A stretch of 64,000 bases of DNA, taken from the IMG/VR virus record IMGVR_UViG_3300045988_149737; one strand, 5' to 3'. Of the stretch, positions 20,240-29,434 are shown in pieces. The notes below the pieces were generated by a model. The model ran no database searches and was not told where the DNA came from. It saw nothing but the letters and a program-made list of their open reading frames with translations. The DNA is from a virus (lineage: Duplodnaviria; Heunggongvirae; Uroviricota; Caudoviricetes). Every line of letters begins with the position of its first letter. The first letter of the stretch is position 1. The position numbers were made by a program, and so were the translations under genes.

Positions 20240-20824
20240 TAGATAAGTACAAACTATTCATAAAGTGAATTGTAAGTGCTAAGATCTGATAGTTTCCAGT
20301 CGTAGACTGGAGACTCGACCTGATGGGTGGGGGATAGCGTCACTGGCGTCAGGTTTAAAAAAGCTCACTACCAGCGTAGAACCGGCACCGTTTAGGGGTT
20401 GGGGAAGGGGGAACCAAAGTGGGCAGAGAGAAGGGTCACTTTATGATTGTCGAGTCTGGAGTGTTTAGAGAGGTTGAATCCAGTGCTCCCCTTCATAAAG
20501 TGTGGGAAGATCTCGGTTCTGGGGTGCTGTCATCCATAACTTCCCAAGTCTAAGCTGGCAGTAGACTTAGGCCATAACTTTTCAGGTTATGAAACGACCA
20601 GGTTGGTGAGGGATTTTTATACTCACCTCCCTGGGAGAGTATTACCTGAAAAGACAACCTCTCACTTCGTTCGAGGTGAACTTCACTCACTTCGTTCGTT
20701 CAGTTCAGGTTTATAAAAACCTGTTCTGGGAAGTAATTTGTTTATTTTAATAATTATTAACACGCACGCGTGTGCGCACGCGCGAGGAAAAAAAATCGGC
20801 GCGGCGCTTGATTCAGGAGTTTAT

Positions 20825-21418
20825 ATGACGACGAAGACACCAGCCCGATCGCAAGCAAAAACTCGCAAAAAAGCCAAAAACAAAAATTCTCCCCGCACCA
20901 ATTACACAACGCCTGTCGTAGAGTTCAATCCCCAGCTTAAAACCGTGAAAATCTTCAGTGATGGATCTTGCCTTAAAAATCCGGGTGGCCCGGGCGGTTA
21001 CGGTATCGTTCTTCAGTATCGTGGAGAGGAACGCGAGTTCTCAGATGGTTTTCATAGCACCACCAATAACCGCATGGAGATGATGGGGGCACTTATCGGG
21101 CTGGAGCGTTTGAAATATCCATGCAACGTTATTTTACACTCTGATAGCCAGTATCTGAAAAACGGCATGACACTGTGGATGAAATGGTGGAAACGCAATG
21201 GATGGATGACTTCTGACAAAAAACCGGTAAAGAATGTTGATCTGTGGAAGCGTCTGGATGAGGCTGCAAGTCGACATAATGTTCGCTGGAAGTGGGTTAA
21301 AGGTCACGCCGGGCATCGTGAAAATGAAATATGTGATCGACTCGCGAAGATCGCAGCTTTTTCCGCAGCAGATATGCCTCACAAGAAAGATATTGGTTTT
21401 GTTTACAACAAACGGTAG
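20825..21418 (+). CDS. rnhA: Ribonuclease HI with basic N-terminal extension
   Basis: [49 protein letters not shown] align with canonical RNase HI motifs; start moved to ATG with caggag RBS. Confidence 0.85.
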   Translation: MTTKTPARSQAKTRKKAKNKNSPRTNYTTPVVEFNPQLKTVKIFSDGSCLKNPGGPGGYGIVLQYRGEEREFSDGFHSTTNNRMEMMGALIGLERLKYPCNVILHSDSQYLKNGMTLWMKWWKRNGWMTSDKKPVKNVDLWKRLDEAASRHNVRWKWVKGHAGHRENEICDRLAKIAAFSAADMPHKKDIGFVYNKR

Positions 21419-21563
21419 GTAAGTGTTTACCTATCATTTTAAATCATGTATCTTATCGGCGTCAGGATGACAATGTGTCGGTAAGACACAGTTCCAGGAT
21501 GGAACGAGAAAGGCGGCTGGCGATTGCCAGCCGCAACTCTTTCTGACACTGGATGGAGTCCAC

Positions 21564-22058
21564 ATGGCACGTCAAACCTATTTCACTTCTGCAACTAAAC
21601 GTCCTCGTTCACTACGTCAAATTTTGGCCGAATTATTTAGTGGTCGTGTTCTGTCACGTCTTGATGAACTGGAGACTACCGTTCGGTTGCTGAATGAACG
21701 TTTAGATAAGCAAGCGTCAGTTGTTGCGAACGTGGGGGCGATTGTTACCTCTGGTTCTTCACACCAAGCGAAAAATGCACGGCCTTTAGTGAAGGAGAAA
21801 AACAACAAGGACAGTTCGAATGGAAAATTTTCAAAGAAAGAGGCTGAAACCAATGGCCTACGTTCTCATTATAGTTTCACTGGCGACGGTAGCCGTTCCA
21901 GCCGGCCAGAGCCTTTTGATGCCGGGTTCACCCATCACCACACCTCCGTCGACGACAATTACCACCACTCCAGTAGAGCGACCTGTCACTCTGGATGGGA
22001 TGACGGTGGATGCGATACCTCAAGTTCATCCAGTTACTCAGGATCATGCTGTGACTAA
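21564..22058 (+). CDS. hypothetical protein (164 aa), low-complexity C-terminus
   Basis: Coiled-coil-like N-terminus; C-terminal Ser/His/Cys-rich tail; an alternative-frame ORF (21820-22071) overlaps it. Confidence 0.3.
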   Translation: MARQTYFTSATKRPRSLRQILAELFSGRVLSRLDELETTVRLLNERLDKQASVVANVGAIVTSGSSHQAKNARPLVKEKNNKDSSNGKFSKKEAETNGLRSHYSFTGDGSRSSRPEPFDAGFTHHHTSVDDNYHHSSRATCHSGWDDGGCDTSSSSSYSGSCCD

Positions 22059-22067
22059 GGCGGTTGT

Positions 22068-22256
22068 ATGAACTGGTTTTCAAATAACTTTGGAAAAATT
22101 TGGCTGGCAATTCTGGCCCTCATGGCCGCCGGTTGGGTATCGAACATTGTAAAACTCGTTTGCTCTGGTGATCTCCAGTTTCAGGCTGGTATGACCTTGG
22201 CTCGTGTTGTTGGGATTTTTGTTTTTCCGGTCGGTTCGGTACTTGGTTATTTCTGA
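22068..22256 (+). CDS. small membrane protein (62 aa)
   Basis: Two hydrophobic segments (IWLAILALMAAGWV, VVGIFVFPVGSVLGYF). Confidence 0.4.
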   Translation: MNWFSNNFGKIWLAILALMAAGWVSNIVKLVCSGDLQFQAGMTLARVVGIFVFPVGSVLGYF

Positions 22257-22310
22257 CGGTTGTTAGTGCATATGCATTGACCGTCTTTTCGTAAGCAATT
22301 CATGTAACTA

Positions 22311-22326
22311 GAAAACAACTTGTTTT
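22311..22326. promoter_or_regulatory. AAACAA-N-TTGTTT element upstream of the TerB-like gene (approximate)
   Basis: tagaaaacaacttgtttta followed by aaaaggaaagcacATG. Confidence 0.45.
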
Positions 22327-22349
22327 AACAAATAACAAAAGGAAAGCAC

Positions 22350-22775
22350 ATGTTAGGTTTATTCAAAAAGAAAACTCGTAAAGCTGTTATCGAGGTCAAA
22401 AAAATGGAGAACCGAGATGCGGTTGAAGCCACCGTGTGGGGCGCGTACATGATCTCCTATGCCGATGGCACATGCGACGCAAAGGAAATTTCCATTCTTG
22501 AGAAAACAATTGCAGCTCTGCCTGCGTTTTCTCCGTTTGCTGGTGAGATTGCCCAAATGAGCGCCAATATCCGTGCTCAATACGAAGCCTCACCGCGCCG
22601 CGCTAATGCCCAGGCTTTACGTGAGCTGGCTGATGTGGCCGGGACTAATGATGCAGTAGATGTACTGTGTCTGTGCCTTGATATTGCCGACCAAGACGGT
22701 ATTGGCGAACAAGAAGAGCTGGCCCTGAAAAAGATCGCACAGGCGCTTCAGTTGTCACTGGATGCTTATCTCTAA
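22350..22775 (+). CDS. TerB-like domain protein (tellurite-resistance TerB / DjlA N-domain fold)
   Basis: Two repeats of the A-DG-x-D/E-x-E-x-L pattern (YADGTCDAKEISILEK and IADQDGIGEQEELALKKIAQ). Confidence 0.4.
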   Translation: MLGLFKKKTRKAVIEVKKMENRDAVEATVWGAYMISYADGTCDAKEISILEKTIAALPAFSPFAGEIAQMSANIRAQYEASPRRANAQALRELADVAGTNDAVDVLCLCLDIADQDGIGEQEELALKKIAQALQLSLDAYL

Positions 22776-22776
22776 T

Positions 22777-22935
22777 GCTTGAGAGATTCCGGCTTGTGAC
22801 CGTCATTGCTCTTCTGGTGATGGCGGTGTTGGTGGATTTTACGGGAAAGATGATGTCTGTCATTTCTGATGGCGTCCTCATTGGTCTGGCGATCTACTTC
22901 GCTTATCCGCTAGTCCGTAAAGCAACGTGTTAATG
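22777..22935 (+). CDS. small membrane protein (52 aa), below the ORF-track size cutoff
   Basis: ATG 1 nt after the TerB-like stop; MLERFRLVTVIALLVMAVLVDF...GVLIGLAIYFAY hydrophobic; followed by a terminator hairpin caagggccaaatggcccttg. Confidence 0.35.
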
Positions 22936-23039
22936 ACAAGGGCCAAATGGCCCTTGTGTTTCGTTGACCGAAATAGAGAGTTTGCACCTTTACGTTTAGC
23001 TTGCTCCCCTTTTATGCCACATCACAATAAAGCCAATAA

Positions 23040-23054
23040 GAAAACAACTTGTTT
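23040..23054. promoter_or_regulatory. AAACAA-N-TTGTTT element (approximate)
   Basis: aagaaaacaacttgtttaag upstream of ORF 23073. Confidence 0.45.
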
Positions 23055-23072
23055 AAGCATTAGGAAAAACAC

Positions 23073-23642
23073 ATGTGCAAGAAATGCAAAGCGATAGCTG
23101 ATGAACAAAACGCCTTATTCGAAGAAATGGATGCTAATGAACTGGTCAAAATGTTAGCCATTCTTCGAGGAATAGAAGACGTTTCCATATTTGAGAGAGT
23201 GGTTACAGCACTTAATTTTGAGTCCACCTTTGAAGAGCCAACTCAGGTTGTAGCTTTAGCACATCATTTCGGTGTTCATTATCTTGCTGAAAAAGAGCGC
23301 GCTGATAAGTTGCAGGCGACTTTGGATATGGTGAGCGAGACTCAACGAACTGATGACACTAACAAGAGTGAGGCGATTATTGCCAGCAAAGATCGTGAAA
23401 TTGCTGGGCTTAAATCCTCTCTAACGATGTTGATGTCTGCGTTCAATCTTATGTCTTCTCAGGCGGGTTATAAAATGCCATCACTAAACAGCGATGATCC
23501 GATGGCCGTTCGTCAGCTTTTGGGAGCAATGGCCGACCAACTCGACGACACAAAGAGTCGGCTTGAAGACATGATGCGTGAGTTAAGCCATCGACATAAC
23601 CTCGCAACACAGCCACACAAAGCCTTTCAAAGCTCTAATTGA
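23073..23642 (+). CDS. hypothetical protein (189 aa)
   Basis: ORF with conserved upstream motif and RBS. Confidence 0.55.
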   Translation: MCKKCKAIADEQNALFEEMDANELVKMLAILRGIEDVSIFERVVTALNFESTFEEPTQVVALAHHFGVHYLAEKERADKLQATLDMVSETQRTDDTNKSEAIIASKDREIAGLKSSLTMLMSAFNLMSSQAGYKMPSLNSDDPMAVRQLLGAMADQLDDTKSRLEDMMRELSHRHNLATQPHKAFQSSN

Positions 23643-23697
23643 TCTGATATGGCCGCATGATCGGCCATATTGTGTTGATAAAAAACAAGGATGAAAA

Positions 23698-23979
23698 ATG
23701 GCATACGGTACAGGGATTTACAACAATAAAGGAATTAACGTTACTGGCTTCCTTACTCCTATTTTTTTTCTTGATCGATTTACTGCGTCATCAGGCTCTA
23801 AGACGTACTCCAATCCGCCACCGGGTAAATCGCTACATGCCGTGTGGTCATTGATGCCTCTTAACAACGACAACTACATTAATTTACCTGTTCCAACAGT
23901 TACTATTAATGGAAATACGGTTAGTTGGTCAAATTTATATACGGGGCTTGGTTCTTACATATACACATACTGGGGATAA
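23698..23979 (+). CDS. hypothetical protein (93 aa), low-GC island
   Basis: AT-rich codon usage distinct from neighbours; Asn/Tyr/Gly-rich. Confidence 0.4.
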   Translation: MAYGTGIYNNKGINVTGFLTPIFFLDRFTASSGSKTYSNPPPGKSLHAVWSLMPLNNDNYINLPVPTVTINGNTVSWSNLYTGLGSYIYTYWG

Positions 23980-23981
23980 TT

Positions 23982-24596
23982 ATGTTCGGGATGTCAATTA
24001 CTCAATCAGATGGAAGTTTGTGGATGAGTCCAGAATTTACTCCGCAAAATCTGATTAATAAAGGGACAATGTCTACATCTAAAGGTTCTGTTTTTCAAAC
24101 ATCAATCCCATCAAACAAATCATGCTTTTTCTTCATAAAAAGCAGTAATAAGGCGAACATGATGTTTATTCATGAGCATAGTAACGGATACAATGCTCTC
24201 AGATTGCATCAGGTAAATGGTAGCCCCGGAACAATAACAGTTTATGCTTTTTCTGATATGGTGTTACCACATTCTGGCTATGGCATTGCCATGTATAACA
24301 GCGCAGGCGCAATGGTGTATCACGGTGAGATGATGCCCCTTGATGCGAAACTTATCACTATTTCTGACCCTCAATTTACAATAGATATGGGGTATCCATG
24401 TGCGGTAATGCCTGCTATGGTTGGGGTATATAACTATAGACGAACCGATTACGACAGACCTGTCTATGTAACAATGACAGGTGCAACTGGAAACCAAGTA
24501 TATAACGGTCAATGGTATTCCGGTAATGTCACATGGGATATTAAGAAGATTTATACAAACAAAATTCTGGTGATAAATACCTCCAAGTATGATTAG
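23982..24596 (+). CDS. hypothetical protein (about 204 aa), low-GC island
   Basis: Start moved to ATG with gggg RBS right after the previous stop; AT-rich. Confidence 0.45.
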   Translation: MFGMSITQSDGSLWMSPEFTPQNLINKGTMSTSKGSVFQTSIPSNKSCFFFIKSSNKANMMFIHEHSNGYNALRLHQVNGSPGTITVYAFSDMVLPHSGYGIAMYNSAGAMVYHGEMMPLDAKLITISDPQFTIDMGYPCAVMPAMVGVYNYRRTDYDRPVYVTMTGATGNQVYNGQWYSGNVTWDIKKIYTNKILVINTSKYD

Positions 24597-24699
24597 CCAA
24601 TGCCTTTATTTGAAGGATTGCCTGTTTATTTCTATTTAGTACCTTTTCATTTTTGAAATAATTGCACCATTAAACAAATCACTTCTTAATGGTGCAATT

Positions 24700-26385
24700 A
24701 TGAATACAGCCCTTTCCATCATCGACGATGCCAACTCAAACACTGCTATCGACTATCGGCAGGAAATGAACGTCATCCACGAAATTGTGGCCGAGTGCGA
24801 GAAAGAGATCGCCTTCATGTATCAGGTACACGACTTCGTTTATGGCGACGAACGCCACAACATGATTAATCGCCTGCTGAGACTAAACCATCGACCAGAT
24901 GAAGATCGCTCGCGTTTAAATCGAGGTTGGTTGGATAAAGTCGATCTGGAATGGGTGAAACAGAATATTTGGGCCGAGTACTGGAGGAAGGTCACGGACA
25001 TGACTAACGTTTTGCTGATCATGCCAGCTTCCCGTCGAGATGAGTGGCGCGAGCAGTTTATAGAGGGCAAACAGGAAGTCATCAAAACTGACAGAACCGG
25101 CTACCAGATGAAGGTTAAAGAGTTCGTTGGTGTACCGGAGTTCAAAGCAGAAACGGTCATACCCACGATGCTTAATTTGCTGAATGACAGGCACAAATAT
25201 CTCTCTGAGCGCGTGTATGGCTTGTTTAAGGCGCTGAGTCCTGCGCACAAGACAAATAAGACAAACGGTTTCAGCGAACGTCTGATAATCGCTGACTGCA
25301 TTTCTGATTTCTGGCGGGACAGCGTTAGTGTGAACTATCGCAAAGAGGACTATATCGACGATCTGCGTGTCTTGCTTCATTTCTTCGCGCACAAAGAATT
25401 TATTACCATCAACCGCACTGCTGAGGTGCTATCAGCTGCGTATCGGGCAAACGACTGCCAGACCGGTGACTGGATGAACGTCGATGGAAATCTGATGCGC
25501 GTGAAGATGTTCAAGAACGGCAACGTTCACTTTGAAATACATCCTGACGTGGCCTGGAAGTTGAATGAGGTGCTGGCTTACAGTATGCCTGCTGCAATCC
25601 CCGCGCCATGTCGCACCGCGCCAAAAACACGGGCACCAAAGCAGTTCGGGTTAATCCAGAAGACGATCTCCGTGCCGGTTCGCACTGCGCTTCGTGACGG
25701 GCGATTGAGCAAAGACAAAGGCGTATGGTACTTCTCTGATTCAGCTCTCCAGAAGTCGCAGGTGGAAGAGCTTGAGCGCACACTGAGCTTCATTGGCGGC
25801 GTGCAGGAGAAAAAGCACTGGCAGTTCCCGTATGACATCGTCCATACGCTAAATACGATTGTGGCTACCGGTTTAATACCGGATACAAAATCACACCAGT
25901 TCTACCCTACCCCACGCTTGATTGCTGAGTACGTTGCCAGAGCCACTGAATTGAAGCCTGGTGAGAAGCTGCTGGAGCCTCAAGCCGGACGTGGGGATCT
26001 TCTGGCCTATATTAACGCCGATCTGGAAGATGTTACCTGCATAGAAATCGCACCTCTCTTCGCTGATATCCTGCGTGGAAAAGGGTATACGAACACGATT
26101 TGCTGCGACTTCATAAAGTGGTCTGAGGACAACGTAGGTTATCAGTTCGACAAAATCGTTATGAACCCGCCGTATTCGCTTGGTCGTCATAGAGAGCACA
26201 CGCTGGCTGCGCTGGGGCATCTGAAAGTCGGCGGGCGTCTTGTAGCAGTATTGCCGGGCACTGCGCCAATACTGGACTGGATGACGATGGATAATTACGT
26301 TTATGCCAGAGGGAAGTCGTTTACCAACGAGTTTGAAGACACAGGGATCACAGTCAGCGTATACGTTTTCAAACGCGTTAAATGA
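24700..26385 (+). CDS. Two-domain DNA methyltransferase: N-terminal domain of unknown function (about 400 aa) fused to a gamma-class N6-adenine/N4-cytosine methyltransferase domain
   Basis: C-terminal motifs FYPTP (motif X), LLEPQAGRGDLL (SAM-binding motif I), IVMNPPYS (motif IV). Confidence 0.7.
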   Translation: MNTALSIIDDANSNTAIDYRQEMNVIHEIVAECEKEIAFMYQVHDFVYGDERHNMINRLLRLNHRPDEDRSRLNRGWLDKVDLEWVKQNIWAEYWRKVTDMTNVLLIMPASRRDEWREQFIEGKQEVIKTDRTGYQMKVKEFVGVPEFKAETVIPTMLNLLNDRHKYLSERVYGLFKALSPAHKTNKTNGFSERLIIADCISDFWRDSVSVNYRKEDYIDDLRVLLHFFAHKEFITINRTAEVLSAAYRANDCQTGDWMNVDGNLMRVKMFKNGNVHFEIHPDVAWKLNEVLAYSMPAAIPAPCRTAPKTRAPKQFGLIQKTISVPVRTALRDGRLSKDKGVWYFSDSALQKSQVEELERTLSFIGGVQEKKHWQFPYDIVHTLNTIVATGLIPDTKSHQFYPTPRLIAEYVARATELKPGEKLLEPQAGRGDLLAYINADLEDVTCIEIAPLFADILRGKGYTNTICCDFIKWSEDNVGYQFDKIVMNPPYSLGRHREHTLAALGHLKVGGRLVAVLPGTAPILDWMTMDNYVYARGKSFTNEFEDTGITVSVYVFKRVK

Positions 26386-26446
26386 TAGGTAAATACTTAC
26401 CTAATTTGTGTAAGAATGTAGTTACTAAACGATAAGAGAAAAACAC

Positions 26447-27151
26447 ATGAACAACCTCCAGTTAGAGCATTTTAACGTCACAGGCCATTCTGATTTTCCT
26501 TTCAAGTTTACATTGAAAGGTTATGCAGAGGATGCGGTAGGCCAGATCATTATTGATAAAGGCATCGTTAAGTTTGAGGGGGATTTTGATGAATCCGCGA
26601 AAACATTCATAGACTTCGTTGCCAAACGTTGGAGCGAGCAATGGAAAAACCTGGAAAAGCGCGCCAATGAGTTTGATCGGTTCATGGATGCAATGGATAC
26701 AGCAAAAGAGGCTCTTGATGCCGGGACTCCGTTAGATCTGGAGTCACTTTTCAACGGCGAAGTGGCCTCTGCGATGTTTGCCACCATGTTCGCGGGTGAG
26801 TTCGTCCGCAGCGGTGCCAAAAACTACCTTGAGCTGGATTACAACGTCCCTGCAATTGGCGATTTCGTCGTTACCATCCAACGCAAAGAAGGTAAGACGC
26901 CAGGTGAACGCGTCGCAGAGCTTGAGGCCGTTGTGGATCAGCGTAACGGAGAGTGTGACCGTTTGATCAACGAGCTTCATGCACTTCGGGAAGAAAGAAT
27001 ATGCGCGGGTAGTAATACACGTAATGCAGCGGATATCTACTTCCAGTTAGTTGAGGAATGCCAGATTCCACCAGGTGGCTCTCTTGTCGATTACGTAAGA
27101 CATTTAATGGCGGAAGTTAGCTCCAGCCATAAAGATGGTGAGGTGCGCTGA
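26447..27151 (+). CDS. hypothetical protein (234 aa)
   Basis: ORF with conserved RBS context gagaaaaacacATG. Confidence 0.55.
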   Translation: MNNLQLEHFNVTGHSDFPFKFTLKGYAEDAVGQIIIDKGIVKFEGDFDESAKTFIDFVAKRWSEQWKNLEKRANEFDRFMDAMDTAKEALDAGTPLDLESLFNGEVASAMFATMFAGEFVRSGAKNYLELDYNVPAIGDFVVTIQRKEGKTPGERVAELEAVVDQRNGECDRLINELHALREERICAGSNTRNAADIYFQLVEECQIPPGGSLVDYVRHLMAEVSSSHKDGEVR

Positions 27152-27531
27152 TGTTTGGCATTGACGCACAGCGTATAGCCGCTTTTGCAAAAAGCCCTCT
27201 TGATAATCCCTTGTCTCGTAGTGAGCAAATGGAGTTGGCAAGGCTTTTTCTTCACATTCAAAAACAGGCAGACATTTTCAATAACATGCCTAATCAACCT
27301 ATTCTGGATGGTCACATCCAGATGGTCATTAACAGTCATGAGAAAGGCTGGGCTGCAATCGTCCCCAGCACAATTACATACAAGTTGGCGAAAGAGGTTC
27401 AAGAGTTTCGAAAAGCCAGTGTCGAATCTGAGTCTACCAAAGCCGCAATAAACACTCTTATTCGCATGGGATTCACATGGAACGGTGGAGCCTACTGGCA
27501 AGCACCTCACCCCATTTTATCCGGCAATTAG
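27151..27531 (+). CDS. hypothetical protein (126 aa)
   Basis: Translationally coupled ORF; terminator hairpin aaggccataagttgtggcctt downstream. Confidence 0.5.
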   Translation: MFGIDAQRIAAFAKSPLDNPLSRSEQMELARLFLHIQKQADIFNNMPNQPILDGHIQMVINSHEKGWAAIVPSTITYKLAKEVQEFRKASVESESTKAAINTLIRMGFTWNGGAYWQAPHPILSGN

Positions 27532-27650
27532 ACGCTACAAATCCTTCTGCGTGAATAAATAAAGGCCATAAGTTGTGGCCTTAAATAAATTGTTTTCTGC
27601 CTTTTCTTATTTGTGAAAATAACCACAACTAGAAAACAACGGAGTTAAGA

Positions 27651-28292
27651 ATGTCTAGTATTTCCGAAGCACATATGTTCGCCGCTGGCGCTCATGGTGG
27701 CGTTGGTCAGAAAAGAAAATATACCGGCGAAAACTACATCAACCACCCGGTTGCTGTCCGAGAGATTGTTGCATTGCATGACGGAACCGTGGAGATGCAA
27801 ATCGCGGCGCTTCTGCATGATGTGGTCGAAGACACCCATGTAACCATAGAGATGGTTCGTGATCACTTCGGTGAGCGCGTAGCTGAAATGGTTCAGGCTC
27901 TGACCAACATTGCAAGGCCAGAAGACGGCAATCGAATACAGCGTTTCATCATCAATGTCCGGGAGCTGGAGCAAAATCTCGACATGCAGACGCGCATGAT
28001 CAAGCTGGCTGACCTGCTCGACAATACCTCTTCTATCGTGAGTCGCGATCCTGAGTTTTCAGCTATCTACCTTGCAGAGAAAGAGCTGATGCTGGACGTA
28101 CTTTTTAACGGGAAGGAGATTGGTGCCAACGCTGATGTTGTCGAGTACATGGAGAGGATAGGTATAGAACACCCGTTGTTATTAAGCGCAAAGGCGAAAG
28201 TCACTGAAGGTATTGCGCTTCTGAAACCGGTACACATCAAACGTTATGAAAAACACAAATCGCTGATCTGGAGCGCGTGGGAGGCTGCATGA
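27651..28292 (+). CDS. RelA/SpoT-homologue HD-domain hydrolase (small alarmone hydrolase, SAH/Mesh1-like)
   Basis: Hallmark RSH hydrolase motifs YINHPVAV and AALLHDVVEDT; 213 aa, no synthetase domain. Confidence 0.75.
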   Translation: MSSISEAHMFAAGAHGGVGQKRKYTGENYINHPVAVREIVALHDGTVEMQIAALLHDVVEDTHVTIEMVRDHFGERVAEMVQALTNIARPEDGNRIQRFIINVRELEQNLDMQTRMIKLADLLDNTSSIVSRDPEFSAIYLAEKELMLDVLFNGKEIGANADVVEYMERIGIEHPLLLSAKAKVTEGIALLKPVHIKRYEKHKSLIWSAWEAA

Positions 28293-28831
28293 AGGTCGAA
28301 AAAATAGATGTTCTTTCCTTTGTGCTGACGGATCTGGAACGCCTCGATCCGGTTCGAGTGATGATTGAAAACTACGAACCTGGTAAGGGAAGAATCACCA
28401 TCACCTGCTACGGAAAAGCGTGGACTGCGGCTTGGTTTGCTATGGGCGGTGATGATGTGCAGACGTTCATTAAGCGAGTTAGCAACGATTATCTAATCGA
28501 CAATTTCGACCCTCAACTGCTAAGCACGGTCGACGATGACAACGATGCAAATCTGCTTTTCGTAAAGTCAGAAATCATAAAGTTACGAAGAGAGAGAGAA
28601 ATAGACGCCGTACTGGCTCGCGAAATGTGGGACGAGGCGGAAAACGCCGATGACGTAAAAGAAAGCTGCTGTTGTTTCGGCGTCGGTAACAAACTGCTGA
28701 ATCTCTTTGGTGATGATCCGTGGTATGCCGACTGGCCAACGGTACCAAACCCGAAATACCAGTATCTGGAACGCATTGTGAACGCGGTACGTGAAGGGCT
28801 GAAAGAGTTAGATAAGTTAGAGGCATCGTAA
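28277..28831 (+). CDS. hypothetical protein (184 aa)
   Basis: ORF overlapping the hydrolase stop. Confidence 0.5.
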   Translation: MGGCMKVEKIDVLSFVLTDLERLDPVRVMIENYEPGKGRITITCYGKAWTAAWFAMGGDDVQTFIKRVSNDYLIDNFDPQLLSTVDDDNDANLLFVKSEIIKLRREREIDAVLAREMWDEAENADDVKESCCCFGVGNKLLNLFGDDPWYADWPTVPNPKYQYLERIVNAVREGLKELDKLEAS

Positions 28832-29274
28832 TGAGAGAGAAAATCAAGAACCCGGTCGTCGTATTGTATAAACGGGAAACCAGCGATTCTTATGCGGTAT
28901 CCATCACTGATGGAAGCCAGAACATGCACGATGGTCTGCTAATGGCCTCCGTATCTCCTGATGATTCTGACTACCCTTTCGCCACTTTCGCTATGGTTGG
29001 TTACTACATGGCTGCCGAAATTGAGAAGTTGCGTGTTGAGCTGGAGACCGTTAAACAGCGGGAAAAGGATCTGTTTATGGAAAATGTTCGACTTAAGTCA
29101 GGTATAGCAGGTCTGATACACCTCGGTATTCGATATGCGGATGTCGAAGTCATGAAAATAGCTGGAGATGCCCAGCTTTCTACTCCCTGTACTGACAGCA
29201 TCATAAACAGTATTGCATCAGGCGTTTTCACCAAAGAGGGTCAGCATGATGAGAACAGTAGAAGTTCGCGCTGA
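28831..29274 (+). CDS. hypothetical protein (147 aa)
   Basis: ORF, coupled. Confidence 0.45.
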   Translation: MREKIKNPVVVLYKRETSDSYAVSITDGSQNMHDGLLMASVSPDDSDYPFATFAMVGYYMAAEIEKLRVELETVKQREKDLFMENVRLKSGIAGLIHLGIRYADVEVMKIAGDAQLSTPCTDSIINSIASGVFTKEGQHDENSRSSR

Positions 29275-29434
29275 AGATGTAATCCCAGGTGATGTGGTCA
29301 TAACATCTAAAGGCAAACGATGTGCGGTTAAATCTTTCTGGATGGAAGGTGACAAAGTGACTCTGTTCGGTACAGATGGTTCCGAAACGGATTATGACTA
29401 CGACGAATTGCTTGTTGTTGAGAGAGCTGCCTAA
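29246..29434 (+). CDS. hypothetical small protein (62 aa)
   Basis: Start chosen at internal ATG; overlaps previous ORF. Confidence 0.35.
   Translation: MMRTVEVRAEDVIPGDVVITSKGKRCAVKSFWMEGDKVTLFGTDGSETDYDYDELLVVERAA

Noticed and set aside
21820-22071. Overlapping-frame ORF as an embedded Rz1-like spanin
   Set aside because: Pro/Thr-rich like an o-spanin but has no lipobox Cys, and the host ORF lacks the N-terminal transmembrane segment of an i-spanin; more likely a frame artefact of the Ser/Gly/His-rich region.
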